Source of the DNA: Gammaproteobacteria bacterium
Lineage (GTDB): Bacteria; Pseudomonadota; Gammaproteobacteria; Eutrophobiales; Eutrophobiaceae
Length of the DNA: 64,000 nucleotides
NCBI GenBank assembly: GCA_021773235.1
Contig: JAJFKL010000021.1
Span: 59,540-123,539, forward strand
Direction: 5' to 3'
Part shown: one piece after another, positions 49,806 to 61,717 of the stretch
Layout: every line of letters begins with the position of its first letter
Numbering within the stretch: the first letter of the stretch is position 1
Notes under the pieces: model-generated
Databases searched by the model: none
What the model was told of the DNA's origin: nothing
What the model saw: the letters and a program-made list of their open reading frames with translations, nothing else
Position numbers and translations under genes: made by a program

Positions 49806-50450
49806 ATGACATTAACTCAGTCAATATTTCACCAACACACTCTCTTTGCTTTATTCGTCTATGGTTTAAGCATTGTTATTGTTCTGCCGATATTTGTATT
49901 TATTCACGACAAGCTTGATAACAACTTTTTGCAGTTGTGTTGGGATAAAGTAGGCATGCCATTAATTAGAGCATTTTTAATTATTGGCTTCATTCTGCTC
50001 ATTTATCCGATTAATTTTGGCCTTGATACAGCACCACCAATAAATGATCTCCTGTCTGTTGATGATAAGCGATCAAGTTTTCTGATTAATATGATCTTCT
50101 TACTGACATTCTTTTTCCCATTCATCCCCTTGTTAGGTAAGTTAGATGAATTAACTATTCCATTGCAAGGCATCCTATGTTCGATGATTATTTTTAGTTG
50201 GCTATGCCAGGGGCTAAATATTAAAGACTATAGTTTGTTTCCTGACTTCAAAGTATTTGCTTTAATCATACTCATGTCTGTAGCCACACATTGGCTGGCA
50301 AAACATATCGCCGAGTATACTGGTGACTATCTTGATAGATTATTTCATCGAGAAGGTTTTAAAACACTTAGCTTTAAAGCCGTCGTGCTTATTATGCAAT
50401 GTCCCGTTATATTAATATTTGGCATCTATCTCGGTAAACAAATACCTTGA
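49806..50450 (+). CDS. Hypothetical integral membrane protein (about 6 TM)
   Basis: 214-aa, highly hydrophobic ORF; no recognised motif. Confidence 0.7.
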   Translation: MTLTQSIFHQHTLFALFVYGLSIVIVLPIFVFIHDKLDNNFLQLCWDKVGMPLIRAFLIIGFILLIYPINFGLDTAPPINDLLSVDDKRSSFLINMIFLLTFFFPFIPLLGKLDELTIPLQGILCSMIIFSWLCQGLNIKDYSLFPDFKVFALIILMSVATHWLAKHIAEYTGDYLDRLFHREGFKTLSFKAVVLIMQCPVILIFGIYLGKQIP

Positions 50451-50458
50451 AGATAAGT

Positions 50459-53320
50459 TTAAGACACTTTTTCTAGTTTCACTTTAGTCTTTGAGTTTTT
50501 AAGAACTGCCTTAAGGAAATGTCCAGTGTGAGAGTCCGGGTGCTTAGCCAATTGTTCCGGTGTACCCACCGCAATTATTTCTCCACCACCATCACCACCT
50601 TCTGGTCCTAAATCGATTATCCAGTCAGCAGTCTTAATGACATCAAGGTTATGCTCAATGACAATGATGGTATTTCCATGCTCACGTAATCGATGAAGTA
50701 TATCGAGTAGCTGTTGAATATCATGAAAATGCAAACCCGTTGTTGGCTCGTCAAGTATATAAAGCGTTTTTCCTGTATCCCTTTTTGACAACTCCTTGGA
50801 AAGCTTTACGCGTTGCGCCTCACCACCGGATAAGGTGGTCGCATTTTGTCCAAGCTTGATATACGACAAACCGACATCCATTAATGTTTGCAACTTACGC
50901 GCAAGTACAGGGACAGCATCAAAGAATTCACGAGCCTCTTCAACACTCATATCCAATGTCTCATGAATATTTTTACCTTTATAACGTACATCCAATGTTT
51001 CTCGATTGTAACGTTTACCTTTACAGGTATCGCAGGGGACATAGATGTCAGGAAGAAAGTGCATCTCGACCTTTATCAAGCCATCACCTTGACACGCTTC
51101 ACAACGTCCTCCTTTAACATTGAAACTAAAACGACCGGGTTTGTATGCTCGTGATCGGGCCTCTGCCGTCGCTGCAAATAATTCGCGAATGGGAGTGAAT
51201 AACCCTGTGTATGTAGCCGGGTTTGAACGCGGTGTACGACCAATGGGGCTTTGATCAATATCAACGACCTTATCAAAGTGTTCCAGTCCATGAATTGATT
51301 CGTAAGGTGCTGGCATTGTATTCGCCCGATTTAAATCACGCGCTACTATTTGATAGAGCGTGTCGTTTATCAAGGTCGATTTACCTGAGCCTGACACGCC
51401 TGTAATACACGTCATTAAACTAACCGGGATAACAAGATCGACGTGTTTTAAATTATTGCCTGTCGCATCTTTTAACTCCATTACCTGCATAGGGTTATAT
51501 GGAATACGCTGTTGCGGAATCGGGATTTGTATCTTTCCTGACAAATACTGTCCGGTTAAAGAGTTTTTATCGGCAGCGATCATTTCTGGTGTGCCTTGAG
51601 AAACGATCTCACCACCATGAACACCAGCACCGGGGCCTATATCAATCACATGTTCAGCGGCATTTATCGCCTCTTCATCATGTTCAACAACAATAACAGT
51701 ATTACCTAAATCTCTAAGGTGATATAAAGTTTTCAGTAAGCGTTGATTATCTCTTTGATGTAATCCAATTGAGGGTTCGTCAAGAATATACATAACGCCA
51801 ACCAGTCCCGCACCAATCTGACTCGCCAGACGGATACGTTGCGCCTCTCCTCCAGACAAGGTTTCGGCACTGCGTTCTAGCGTCAGATAATCAAGCCCAA
51901 CATTGACCAGAAAGTTAAGTCGATCATTGACCTCTTTTAATATCTTAACGGCAATCTTGCCGCGGGCACCATCTAACTCAAGGGTTTTAAATAATGACTG
52001 CGCCTTGATAACTGTCATCGCAGTAATATCAGACAAGGCAATGTCATTGATTAAGACATTTCGTGCTGATTTATTTAAGCGTGTTCCCCCACATGACGGG
52101 CAAGGTTTATGCGTTTGGTATTTTGCCAACTCTTCACGGACCATGACTGAATCCGTTTCCAGATAACGTCGTTGTAAATTGGGTATAACACCTTCAAAGG
52201 AATGCTTGCGCGTAACAACTTTATTTTTATCACGCAAATACTCAAACTCTATCTCTTCATCACCACTGCCATAAAGTAATGTATTTTTTATTTCATCTGT
52301 GAGCTCTTCATAGGGTGTATCAAGCTCAAACTGATAATGCGCTGCAATTGAGCTAATCATCTGAAAATAATAGGCATTGCGCCTATCCCAGCCTTTTATG
52401 GCGCCACCAGGCAAACTTAGTTCAGGATGTTGAACGACACGCCCCGGGTCAAAATATTGAACATGTCCTAATCCATCACACTTACCGCATGCACCAGCCG
52501 GATTATTAAATGAAAATAAACGAGGTTCTAATTCACTCAAGCTATAACCGCACTTATTACAGGCAAACCGGGAAGAAAATAACTGTTCTTCAGTTATTTT
52601 GTCAGCTTCCATCGGTACAATGAGTGCGACGCCATCTGATAAACGCAATGCCGTTTCAAATGATTCGGCTAAACGTAATTGTAGGTCCTCCCTGACTTTA
52701 AAACGATCAACGACAACCTCGATTGTATGTTTTTTACGTAACTCAAGCTCAGGTACAGCATCCAATTCAACGATATGGCCATCAATCCGAGCGCGAATAA
52801 AACCTTCGGTGCGTAAGCGTTCAAGAACCTGAAGGTGCTCTCCTTTTCGTTCCTGTACTACGGGAGCCAACAACATGAGACGTTCTTCCTGAGGTCTGGC
52901 TAAAACCAAATCCACCATCTGTGTAATGGTCTGCGCCTCAAGTAAAGTCTTATGTTCAGGACAATGAGGCTGACCAACGCGCGCGAACAATAAACGCAAG
53001 TAATCATATATCTCTGTAATCGTACCTACTGTTGATCGGGGGTTATGCGACGTAGTCTTCTGCTCAATAGAGATAGCCGGTGATAAACCTTCAATGTGGT
53101 CCACATCAGGTTTTTCCATCATCGACAAAAACTGTCTGGCATAGGCAGACAGTGATTCGACATATCGCCTTTGTCCATCGGCATAGATGGTGTCAAAAGC
53201 CAGAGAAGATTTTCCCGAACCAGAAATACCCGTCACGACGATTAACTTATCGCGCGGGATATCAATATCAATATTTTTTAAATTATGGGTTCGAGCACCA
53301 CGTATACTAATCGTATCCAT
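50459..53320 (-). CDS. uvrA: Excinuclease ABC subunit A
   Basis: GARTHNLKN, two Walker A (GSGKS), zinc fingers, LSGGEAQR twice. Confidence 0.98.
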   Translation of the reverse strand: MDTISIRGARTHNLKNIDIDIPRDKLIVVTGISGSGKSSLAFDTIYADGQRRYVESLSAYARQFLSMMEKPDVDHIEGLSPAISIEQKTTSHNPRSTVGTITEIYDYLRLLFARVGQPHCPEHKTLLEAQTITQMVDLVLARPQEERLMLLAPVVQERKGEHLQVLERLRTEGFIRARIDGHIVELDAVPELELRKKHTIEVVVDRFKVREDLQLRLAESFETALRLSDGVALIVPMEADKITEEQLFSSRFACNKCGYSLSELEPRLFSFNNPAGACGKCDGLGHVQYFDPGRVVQHPELSLPGGAIKGWDRRNAYYFQMISSIAAHYQFELDTPYEELTDEIKNTLLYGSGDEEIEFEYLRDKNKVVTRKHSFEGVIPNLQRRYLETDSVMVREELAKYQTHKPCPSCGGTRLNKSARNVLINDIALSDITAMTVIKAQSLFKTLELDGARGKIAVKILKEVNDRLNFLVNVGLDYLTLERSAETLSGGEAQRIRLASQIGAGLVGVMYILDEPSIGLHQRDNQRLLKTLYHLRDLGNTVIVVEHDEEAINAAEHVIDIGPGAGVHGGEIVSQGTPEMIAADKNSLTGQYLSGKIQIPIPQQRIPYNPMQVMELKDATGNNLKHVDLVIPVSLMTCITGVSGSGKSTLINDTLYQIVARDLNRANTMPAPYESIHGLEHFDKVVDIDQSPIGRTPRSNPATYTGLFTPIRELFAATAEARSRAYKPGRFSFNVKGGRCEACQGDGLIKVEMHFLPDIYVPCDTCKGKRYNRETLDVRYKGKNIHETLDMSVEEAREFFDAVPVLARKLQTLMDVGLSYIKLGQNATTLSGGEAQRVKLSKELSKRDTGKTLYILDEPTTGLHFHDIQQLLDILHRLREHGNTIIVIEHNLDVIKTADWIIDLGPEGGDGGGEIIAVGTPEQLAKHPDSHTGHFLKAVLKNSKTKVKLEKVS

Positions 53321-53398
53321 TCAAAGATTTCACTATTCTAGAGGCAACCTGTTAATATAAATGGTTTTGCATACTCGATCCAAGATAACTTCATAATA

Positions 53399-54616
53399 AT
53401 GAATTCAAAGTCCATGTCAGCTACCGAATTGAAGGCAGCATTGTCGCTCTCTGCGGTTTTTTTTCTACGTATGCTACCTTTATTCATGCTACTTCCAGTG
53501 CTCAGTCTGGCTGGAGACGCATACCATGCCTCAACACCGCAATTACTTGGTATAGCACTAGGCATTTATGGTCTGACACAGGCCAGCCTACAAATACCCT
53601 TTGGCATGTTATCGGATCGATTTGGAAGAAAGCCGATTATATGCCTAGGATTGATAATATTTATTATAGGCAGCCTAGTTGCGGCAATGTCAGATTCAAT
53701 TTATGGATTAATCTTAGGTAGAGCCTTACAAGGGGCTGGTGCTATAGCAGCGGCAATAATGGCTCTGGCAGCTGATCTCAGCACCGAAGACCATCGCACC
53801 AAGGTTATGGCCATTATCGGAATCACTATTGGCATCTCATTCTCAGTTGCCTTTGTATTAGGTCCTTTGTTGTATAATTACATAGGTATAAACGGGCTGT
53901 TTTATTTTGGCATTTGTCTGGCTATCCTGGCGATATTAACCCTGCTCATCATAGTCCCAAATCCGACAGAACAAACCAATAGAGATAAAGGTTCGATTAA
54001 TCTTCAGAGCTTAAAATCAGTTCTCTCTAACCCGTATCTGCTTAAACTAGATATCAGCATCTTTAGCTCTCATCTAATCCTGATGGCCAACTTTGTCGTG
54101 ATTCCACTCTCATTGCGCGATCATGTGCAAATCGAGCCTACATCACATTGGCAGGTATACCTTGGCGTTCTATTTGCGTCTTTATTTATTATGGTGCCTT
54201 TTATGATGTTTGGTGAACGATTGAAGAAAACAAAAGCATTTTATATCACCAGTATTCTACTTATCATCCTCTCTCAGGCTGGGCTGGCTTTTTTCCACTT
54301 AAATCTGGTGTCCTTGGTCTTATTTATGGTTTTATTCTTTGGCGCATTTAATTACCTGGAAGCACTCTTACCTTCCGAGGTCTCAAAAGCCACTTCGGCT
54401 GAAACCAAAGGTACTGCGCTGGGAGTCTATTCCAGCTCTCAATTCATTGGGATTTTTATTGGTGGTGTAATTGGTGGTTTTTTTCACCAACAATTCGGCA
54501 TTGCAAGTGTTCATTCCTTTTGTCTATTCATGGCGTTATTATGGCTCTGCATAATCATGTACCTGCCTCATAATGAGAACACGTATAAAAATAGACTTGA
54601 AGAAAATATGGTCTAA
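53399..54616 (+). CDS. MFS transporter (YajR-like)
   Basis: GIYGLTQASLQIPFGMLSDRFGRKP, GRALQGAGA, GVYSSSQFIG; uvrA-MFS-ssb synteny. Confidence 0.9.
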   Translation: MNSKSMSATELKAALSLSAVFFLRMLPLFMLLPVLSLAGDAYHASTPQLLGIALGIYGLTQASLQIPFGMLSDRFGRKPIICLGLIIFIIGSLVAAMSDSIYGLILGRALQGAGAIAAAIMALAADLSTEDHRTKVMAIIGITIGISFSVAFVLGPLLYNYIGINGLFYFGICLAILAILTLLIIVPNPTEQTNRDKGSINLQSLKSVLSNPYLLKLDISIFSSHLILMANFVVIPLSLRDHVQIEPTSHWQVYLGVLFASLFIMVPFMMFGERLKKTKAFYITSILLIILSQAGLAFFHLNLVSLVLFMVLFFGAFNYLEALLPSEVSKATSAETKGTALGVYSSSQFIGIFIGGVIGGFFHQQFGIASVHSFCLFMALLWLCIIMYLPHNENTYKNRLEENMV

Positions 54617-54765
54617 AGCGAAAATGATTTTTCAAAATATTTGTCTGGAAACTGAATCTATTCTTTATAAAATGATTCTTTGAAGTTTTATAAGCCTTTC
54701 ACAGACTTAGATAATACAGTTAACAATTAATCCAATATATTTAATATTTTTAGGAGAGCATCAAC

Positions 54766-55245
54766 ATGGCACGCGGTGTAAATAAATGCATACTAGTTGG
54801 CAATCTGGGTAACGATCCAGATATACGATACACCGCAGGTGGTGCTGCAGTGGCAAACATTAGTATTGCGACTGCTGAGTCCTGGAAAGATAAAAATAGC
54901 GGTGAGCAGCAAGAAAGAACAGAATGGCACCGTGTTGTTTTTTTCGGCCGTCTTGCAGAAATTGTTGGTGAATACCTCCGAAAAGGTTCACAAGTTTATG
55001 TCGAAGGCCGCCTACAAACTCGTAAGTGGCAAGACAAGGAAGGACATGACCGCTATACAACTGAAATTGTTGCAAATGAAATGCAAATGCTTGGTAGCAA
55101 GAGCGGTGGTTCTGCAAATTACGAGTCTGCACCTCAATCTCAACCTGCTCAGAACCAAAACTATGCACCTGCTGAATCACAAGCTGCACCGGCATCTTCA
55201 CCAGCAGCTGTAGCTGATGATTTTGATGACGATATCCCGTTTTAA
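54766..55245 (+). CDS. ssb: Single-stranded DNA-binding protein
   Basis: [26 protein letters not shown]-terminal DFDDDIPF. Confidence 0.98.
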   Translation: MARGVNKCILVGNLGNDPDIRYTAGGAAVANISIATAESWKDKNSGEQQERTEWHRVVFFGRLAEIVGEYLRKGSQVYVEGRLQTRKWQDKEGHDRYTTEIVANEMQMLGSKSGGSANYESAPQSQPAQNQNYAPAESQAAPASSPAAVADDFDDDIPF

Positions 55246-55253
55246 TTGCAACA

Positions 55254-58200
55254 TTACTTTTTTCTATTTCTGTATCTAAGTGCACGAGGTTTAGCAATAC
55301 CATAACCTTGTGCATAATCGACACCTATTTTTTTTAGCTCTTGCAAAATAGCATCGTTTTCGACAAATTCAGCAATGGTTTTTTTACCCATGATCTGCCC
55401 AATCTCGTTGATTGATTTCACCATTGCGCGATCGATTCGATCCGTCTTTATGTCTCTGACAAAGGCTCCATCGATTTTTAGATAGTCGACCGGCAAATTT
55501 TTCAAATAACCAAATGAAGATACGCCACTACCAAAATCGTCTAATGCAAAACGACAACCTTTCTCTCTAATTTTTTTAATAAATCGTATTGCATTTGATA
55601 GGTTTGCTATCGCAGATGTTTCAGTAATTTCAAAACATATTTTATTTGGGCTGACTAGATTCTCATCTAGTTTACTAATTAGATATTCCATGAACTCATC
55701 ATTACCCAAGGTCTGCCCTGATAAATTAATGGTACACAATTCTAATTTCTTTTGCTTTGCAGGATGTGCCGCCAACCATGAAAATGCAGAGTTGATTACC
55801 CAATGATCTATTTTTGTAGATAATCCAAATCGTTCTGCGGCTGGTAAAAAAGCACCCGGAGGAATAACTTCACCATCTTTCCCAATCATGCGTATCAATA
55901 GTTCATAGTGATCACCCTGTTTTATACTCTGATCGATAGGTACTATCTTTTGATAATGTAATACAAAAAGATCTTCTTCTAAAGCTTGATTAATTCTGGC
56001 AACCCATTTCATTTCACCCCGATGCTGACTAACCTGCTTATCATCAACAGAATAAATATGTACCCGATTTCTACCCGCATCCTTAGCAGCATAACAAGCT
56101 GCATCAGCCGCACTTAATACCTCATTCACGTTACCAATTTCAACCGATATGGGTACCAATCCAATACTGACACCAATAGAGAACTTTTTGTCTTGCCAGA
56201 CAAAACGAAATTCTTCTACGGTAGCTCTCAATGAATCTGTAACCCGCCGTGCATGTGCGATATCACAATGCTCCATCAACACACCAAACTCATCGCCACC
56301 CAGCCTAGCTAAGGTATCTCGTTTCCTGACCTGGCTTAATAATATTTCACTTAACTGTCTCAATAATTCATCTCCCGCCAAATGACCACAGGTATCATTA
56401 ATTATTTTGAATTGGTCAAGATCGAGATAACATATAGCATGTTCTCCGGGCGTAGATAGATTAGCTTCTATAACTCGCTGTAATCGTCGTTCGAACTCCG
56501 ACCGATTAACGAGTCCGGTCAGCGCATCGTGCGTCGCCTGGTAAGATAGTTCTTCAGAGAGGCGAAAAGCTTCTGAAATATCCTCACATACAATAAATAA
56601 GCTATGCTCCCCTTGTGCATCATTTACAACTCGAACTGATTCTCTGACCATAATAATATGACCATTCTTATGCACCTTGCGTAGATCCCAACGATGGACA
56701 ATATCGGGCATCTCGAAACACTGCTTAATTTTTTCCCGTGCAATTTTTAAATCATTCTTATGAATAACTGCAGTAACATTTTTGCCTTTCAACTCATTAA
56801 CATTATAACCAAGATGGTTCGCACCATATTCATTTACAGTCAGGATAGTGCCATCCTCACTTGTATTAAAAAACATCGCAGGTGTATCGTCATAAAGAGT
56901 ACGGAATTGAAGCTCGCTTGCAGCCAAGGCGACACTTATTCTTTTTTGCTCTGATATATCGACATGGGTACCAACCATTCGTATTACGTCACCTGCACTA
57001 TTTCTCACACCGAAACCTCGGGACAAAATATCAACGAAATATCCATCCTTATGTAGCAGACGAAATTCGATACTAAATATATTCGTTCTACCAGATGTAT
57101 AATCATCGACCAGTGTGAATGTTTTTTCTATATCGTCTGGATGCAATAAGGCTTTAAATGCTTCAATTCCATTTAGTACATCATCAGTCTTATAACCCAG
57201 CATACTTTTCCATCTTGGTGAATAATAAATATTATTCGTATCCATTTGCCAATCCCATAATCCATCGCTTGCACCTTCCATGGCTAATGCAAAACGTTCT
57301 TCACTCTCACTTAATGCTGTCGTTATTTTTTCACGCTCAAAAATACCACCTAGGATCTGGGCAATATGTTCCATTAAGGAGACGTTATCTGCAGACTCTT
57401 GTATCGTATGAAAATAATTTCCGAACGTGCCAATTACTGAACCATCTGTCGCACGAATAGGGACAGAGTAGCTAGATTTAAGATCATAAGACAAAGCCAA
57501 CTCAAAATAATCTTTCCAAAGCGGATCATTTTCAATATCAGGAACAATAATTGTTTTATTTAAAAATGCCGCTGTACCACAACTACCTGCTTTAGGCCCA
57601 ACTTTGACCCCGTCAACCGCTTCAAGATATTCTGCTGGCAAACTAGGAGCAGCGACTGACCACAGTCGTGCGCCTTCCTCATCAAGTAAACGTATTGAAC
57701 ATTTTACATCCACAAATAGCTGTTCAATCATATTAATCACCAAGCAACATAATTCATTAAACGGTGGGTTTTGATAAATTATCTGAAATATCTCATTTTC
57801 TAACTTGAGAAGCGCTTCTGCTTTGTTGCTTTCATTTCTAACACGAATAGTTTGAATGCCATAACTCAGGTTATCAGCAAGATGTTCTAGTAATTCGACT
57901 TCTTCGATATCAAATGCATTTTTTTCTGCGGAATAGATCAAAAAACAACCAAAAGATTCTTCATCTATGTTTAATGGCAATGCAATCATGGAAGCATAGC
58001 CTCTCTCCAAGGCAGACTTTCTCCATGGTGTATAAACGGAATCTTTTAAAATATCACGACAAATATAAGGTTTATTTGTTCGTATGCAGATACCAACAGG
58101 CCCCCTCCCTCTTGGTTTATCATCCCATGAAAACAACTTATCCAAATAGCCTGCTTCATATCCGGAAATAGCATTAGGTATGACTTGTTTATTTCCATCA

Positions 58201-59912
58201 TGTTCTGCGTAACCGACCCAAGACATCCTATAATTACCGACATTGATGACAATATCGCAAATGGATTGTAGTAATTTCTTTTCATCAGTTATATGTACCA
58301 GAGATTGGTTGCATTGATTTAATACCATCAAGGCACGGTTAGTCCTGCTAAGTAATGCATCTGTATGCTTAATATCACTTATATCTCTGGTAATGGATAA
58401 TGTAGATTCTTCTCCATTATGCTCGACTAGTGAGGCAGAAATTGTGCCTGGGTAAGCTTCGCCATTTTTTCTTTTAAATTCGAATTCGTGATTACTTACA
58501 TAACCCTGATCCTGTAGTAACTTCACGTATTCTTCTCGATCTTTATTTGAAGACCATATTCCCAACTCAATACTCGTTTTACCTAATGCCTCTTCTTCAG
58601 TAAAACCGGTTGCCTGAGTAAACCCTTTATTCACCTCAATCATGTTCCCATCCTTGAGTCGGGTTAGAACGATAATATCCGGGCTAGTTTCTATAGCTTC
58701 CGATAAACGTTTCTGACTATTCTTAAAAGCGGCATCAGTTTCTTTTTGATGCGTTATATTGAACATCACGCCACGTAATCTATCCGGCACACCTGATTTA
58801 TCCTTCACGACATGCACTAAGTCTTTTATCCAAACAATTGTCCCATCTGCGGAAAGCATACGATATTCAAACTGATGGTCCTTGCCATGTTCTGTTTGGA
58901 GAGAACAGTAGTTTGCAGCATCAACTCGATCATCAGGGTGAATATGATCTAACCAAAAGTTCTCTTGGTACCAATCATCTATAGGATACCCGAGCATTTT
59001 CTCTGCTGGATCACTAACGAAGGTAAACAATAATTCTGGCAAACGCACTTCCCAAACAATCGCATCAATATCATTTATAAGCGTGATGTATTGTTGTTCT
59101 CTTTCTTTTAGTGCGAGTTCTATTTTTTTTCGTTCAGTAATATCACGCGTTACTGCAAGATGCTCAAAAACAAAACCTGAACTATCCTCTACTGGACGAG
59201 CATGAGTTTCCATCCACCTTCGGGTTCCTTTTAAACCCACAAGTTCAAATTCAAGTGAGCATGTCTCGCCAGCGAACACACGCTGATTTAGTGATTTGAA
59301 TTTTTCCCGATGATCTTCTGCAATTAATTCATAAACACACATCCCCGTTACCTGTTGTAATGAATCGGCTTCTATCATTGTCAACCCAGCAGCATTCATG
59401 TATATCAATTCACCATCTTTCCCAATCTGTTTGAAGCACTCGGGTTGGAGTTCAACCATGTATTGAAATTTTTGATAATTGAATTCAACTTCCTTGAATA
59501 GTTTCCTTTCTTCCAAAGTCTGATCAGTAATATCCTGAATAAAACAATAATGACTAACTGGAGATTTATCATTTTCCAGTCCCTTAACCATAACGATATG
59601 GTTATAAAAGACCGTCGCATTTTTACGGATACCACGTAGATTTATTTCAGATCGTCCCACCCCCATCATTTCTTTATAAGCACTGTCTGCGAAACCAATA
59701 TCATCCTGGTGAATGGTATCTTTCCATCGCATACCCATAATATCTTCAGGCTGATAACCATAGACCTCTGCATAATCAGCATTAACACTGAGATAATTTC
59801 CTTGCCTGTCTATCCGGGCAACACATTCAAGTGCATGCTCGAATATATCACTGACATTCGAAGTCGATTCAAATCGTTGTTTTTTGGGCGTGTATGTTTT
59901 TTTGGTCATCAA
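55254..59912 (-). CDS. Multi-PAS/GAF GGDEF-EAL c-di-GMP cyclase/phosphodiesterase
   Basis: About 6 PAS/PAC repeats (DITERK-type ends) and 2 GAF domains; RKRD I-site plus GGDEF; ELLIRM and DDFGSG EAL motifs. Confidence 0.93.
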   Translation of the reverse strand: MMTKKTYTPKKQRFESTSNVSDIFEHALECVARIDRQGNYLSVNADYAEVYGYQPEDIMGMRWKDTIHQDDIGFADSAYKEMMGVGRSEINLRGIRKNATVFYNHIVMVKGLENDKSPVSHYCFIQDITDQTLEERKLFKEVEFNYQKFQYMVELQPECFKQIGKDGELIYMNAAGLTMIEADSLQQVTGMCVYELIAEDHREKFKSLNQRVFAGETCSLEFELVGLKGTRRWMETHARPVEDSSGFVFEHLAVTRDITERKKIELALKEREQQYITLINDIDAIVWEVRLPELLFTFVSDPAEKMLGYPIDDWYQENFWLDHIHPDDRVDAANYCSLQTEHGKDHQFEYRMLSADGTIVWIKDLVHVVKDKSGVPDRLRGVMFNITHQKETDAAFKNSQKRLSEAIETSPDIIVLTRLKDGNMIEVNKGFTQATGFTEEEALGKTSIELGIWSSNKDREEYVKLLQDQGYVSNHEFEFKRKNGEAYPGTISASLVEHNGEESTLSITRDISDIKHTDALLSRTNRALMVLNQCNQSLVHITDEKKLLQSICDIVINVGNYRMSWVGYAEHDGNKQVIPNAISGYEAGYLDKLFSWDDKPRGRGPVGICIRTNKPYICRDILKDSVYTPWRKSALERGYASMIALPLNIDEESFGCFLIYSAEKNAFDIEEVELLEHLADNLSYGIQTIRVRNESNKAEALLKLENEIFQIIYQNPPFNELCCLVINMIEQLFVDVKCSIRLLDEEGARLWSVAAPSLPAEYLEAVDGVKVGPKAGSCGTAAFLNKTIIVPDIENDPLWKDYFELALSYDLKSSYSVPIRATDGSVIGTFGNYFHTIQESADNVSLMEHIAQILGGIFEREKITTALSESEERFALAMEGASDGLWDWQMDTNNIYYSPRWKSMLGYKTDDVLNGIEAFKALLHPDDIEKTFTLVDDYTSGRTNIFSIEFRLLHKDGYFVDILSRGFGVRNSAGDVIRMVGTHVDISEQKRISVALAASELQFRTLYDDTPAMFFNTSEDGTILTVNEYGANHLGYNVNELKGKNVTAVIHKNDLKIAREKIKQCFEMPDIVHRWDLRKVHKNGHIIMVRESVRVVNDAQGEHSLFIVCEDISEAFRLSEELSYQATHDALTGLVNRSEFERRLQRVIEANLSTPGEHAICYLDLDQFKIINDTCGHLAGDELLRQLSEILLSQVRKRDTLARLGGDEFGVLMEHCDIAHARRVTDSLRATVEEFRFVWQDKKFSIGVSIGLVPISVEIGNVNEVLSAADAACYAAKDAGRNRVHIYSVDDKQVSQHRGEMKWVARINQALEEDLFVLHYQKIVPIDQSIKQGDHYELLIRMIGKDGEVIPPGAFLPAAERFGLSTKIDHWVINSAFSWLAAHPAKQKKLELCTINLSGQTLGNDEFMEYLISKLDENLVSPNKICFEITETSAIANLSNAIRFIKKIREKGCRFALDDFGSGVSSFGYLKNLPVDYLKIDGAFVRDIKTDRIDRAMVKSINEIGQIMGKKTIAEFVENDAILQELKKIGVDYAQGYGIAKPRALRYRNRKK

Positions 59913-60060
59913 TAATAAATTAATGTACTAAGCAAAAATGTTTTGTCCTTAGTTATCGTTCCATGCACTATCCTGTGAAGCTCATATTTACGAGCATCAG
60001 GAATTTATTATTTCTTAAGTATAAGTGTAGTTATATTGCTACACTTAAATTTAATTAAAA

Positions 60061-60093
60061 TGTGATGTAGTTCACGTTGTGATGTAGTTCACA
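60061..60093. promoter_or_regulatory. Tandemly duplicated CRP-family binding site
   Basis: TGTGA-TGTAGT-TCACG (60061-60076) and TGTGA-TGTAGT-TCACA (60078-60093); 17-bp period. Confidence 0.7.
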
Positions 60094-60244
60094 TATAGAA
60101 TGTATTTACAATATCTGTGCCATTGCCCGATATATTCCTAATAGTTACTACGAAATAATATTAATAAGGCTAATTAAACTTAAATCATTATCACCCATGT
60201 TACTGATATATATATATAAATAACACTTTAGGACGTATAGGATT

Positions 60245-61699
60245 ATGTCGATAATTACTCAAATCAATTTACTAAAGAAGCGACGCACCAAGATTCTCGC
60301 TACCTTGGGTCCAGCAAGTAGTGAACCAGAACAAATACGAAAGTTGATTAAGGCGGGGGTCAATATCTTTCGTCAAAACATGTCTCATGGTGACCATAGT
60401 TATCACATAGAAACCTATAAACGAATTCGTGCAATAGCTGAGGAGCTGGATCTACCAGTCGGGATATTGGCGGATCTTTGCGGTCCTAAAATACGAACTG
60501 GAAAATTCAAGAAAGGTAGTATTGAATTAAAAAATAATGAAACGGTTATTGTTACAACCCGTGATGTTGAAGGCAAACCGGGATTAATTCCCTCACAATA
60601 TTCCTCTCTTGCAAATGATGTGGAACCAGAAGACAGGATATTGCTTGCGGACGGAACACTTGAGTTAGAAGTCGACAACATCGAAGGCACAGAAATTTCT
60701 TGTACAGTTATCTACGGCGGCACCTTAGGCAATCATAAGGGTATTAATTTACCAGGTGTAAAAGTATCAGCACCATCGCTTACTGAAAAAGATATAACAG
60801 ATGCAAAACTAGCGCTTGAGTTAGGCGTCGACTTTCTCGCACTCTCTTTTGTGCGTTCAGCAGAAGATATTCTTGATTTAAGAAAATTAATACAATCCCA
60901 TGATAGTGACGCACGAATTATTGCAAAAATTGAAAAGCCAGAGGCTCTCGATGAAGCAAGTGCTATTCTCGATGCCGCTGATGGCATTATGGTAGCGCGT
61001 GGAGATTTAGGTGTTGAACTTAACCCCGAACAAGTCCCGGTTGCACAACATCAATTGATAGATCTAGCACGTAAAAAATTCAAACCTGTGATAGTCGCTA
61101 CACAAATGCTGGAATCCATGATTGAAAATGCGCGCCCAACACGAGCAGAGGTGACTGATGTTGCCTATGCAGTAACACTAGGCACAGATGCTATTATGTT
61201 ATCTGGTGAAACTGCAGTTGGCGCTTTTCCAGTTGAAGCGGTTAAAATGATGGACCGTGTTGCAAGACAAACTGAATCCTATCTTTGGACTCACGATGCC
61301 TATAGTGCAAAGCTGCCTGAGAGTAATTCAAAAATCGCTATGTCTGTCTGGGATGCCGTCGCAAATTCAATGGCGCAAATGGCACAGGATCTTAAAGTAC
61401 ATGGAGTCGTTGTTATATCGCAAAGCGGCATGTCTGCAGCAACGATGAGTTCAGCAAGACCAGCCGCTCCTGTTGTTGCAATAACTAATCGCCCTGATAT
61501 TTGCCGAAAAATGGCAATGCTATGGGGAGTAATACCCGTCCTTTCTGAGAATGCTGGGAAGTCTAATCCTAATGTGCTCGCAAGGAAGGTAGTTCTAGAT
61601 GAAGGTCTCGCTTTAGTTGGTGAAAAAATACTACTTATACGTGGTTTTCACAGTGACAATGCATTGAACACACCATCCGTCACCGTGATAACTATTTAG
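60245..61699 (+). CDS. pyk: Pyruvate kinase
   Basis: RRTKILATLGPAS, NMSHG, DLCGPKIR, AKIEK, MVARGDLG, ATQMLESM, MLSGETA. Confidence 0.97.
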   Translation: MSIITQINLLKKRRTKILATLGPASSEPEQIRKLIKAGVNIFRQNMSHGDHSYHIETYKRIRAIAEELDLPVGILADLCGPKIRTGKFKKGSIELKNNETVIVTTRDVEGKPGLIPSQYSSLANDVEPEDRILLADGTLELEVDNIEGTEISCTVIYGGTLGNHKGINLPGVKVSAPSLTEKDITDAKLALELGVDFLALSFVRSAEDILDLRKLIQSHDSDARIIAKIEKPEALDEASAILDAADGIMVARGDLGVELNPEQVPVAQHQLIDLARKKFKPVIVATQMLESMIENARPTRAEVTDVAYAVTLGTDAIMLSGETAVGAFPVEAVKMMDRVARQTESYLWTHDAYSAKLPESNSKIAMSVWDAVANSMAQMAQDLKVHGVVVISQSGMSAATMSSARPAAPVVAITNRPDICRKMAMLWGVIPVLSENAGKSNPNVLARKVVLDEGLALVGEKILLIRGFHSDNALNTPSVTVITI

Positions 61700-61717
61700 T
61701 CATATATTCCGTTTAAG

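Noticed and set aside
53349-53364. LexA box upstream of uvrA (CTGT-TAATATAA-ATGG)
   Set aside because: The right half-site has two mismatches to ACAG; too weak to call.
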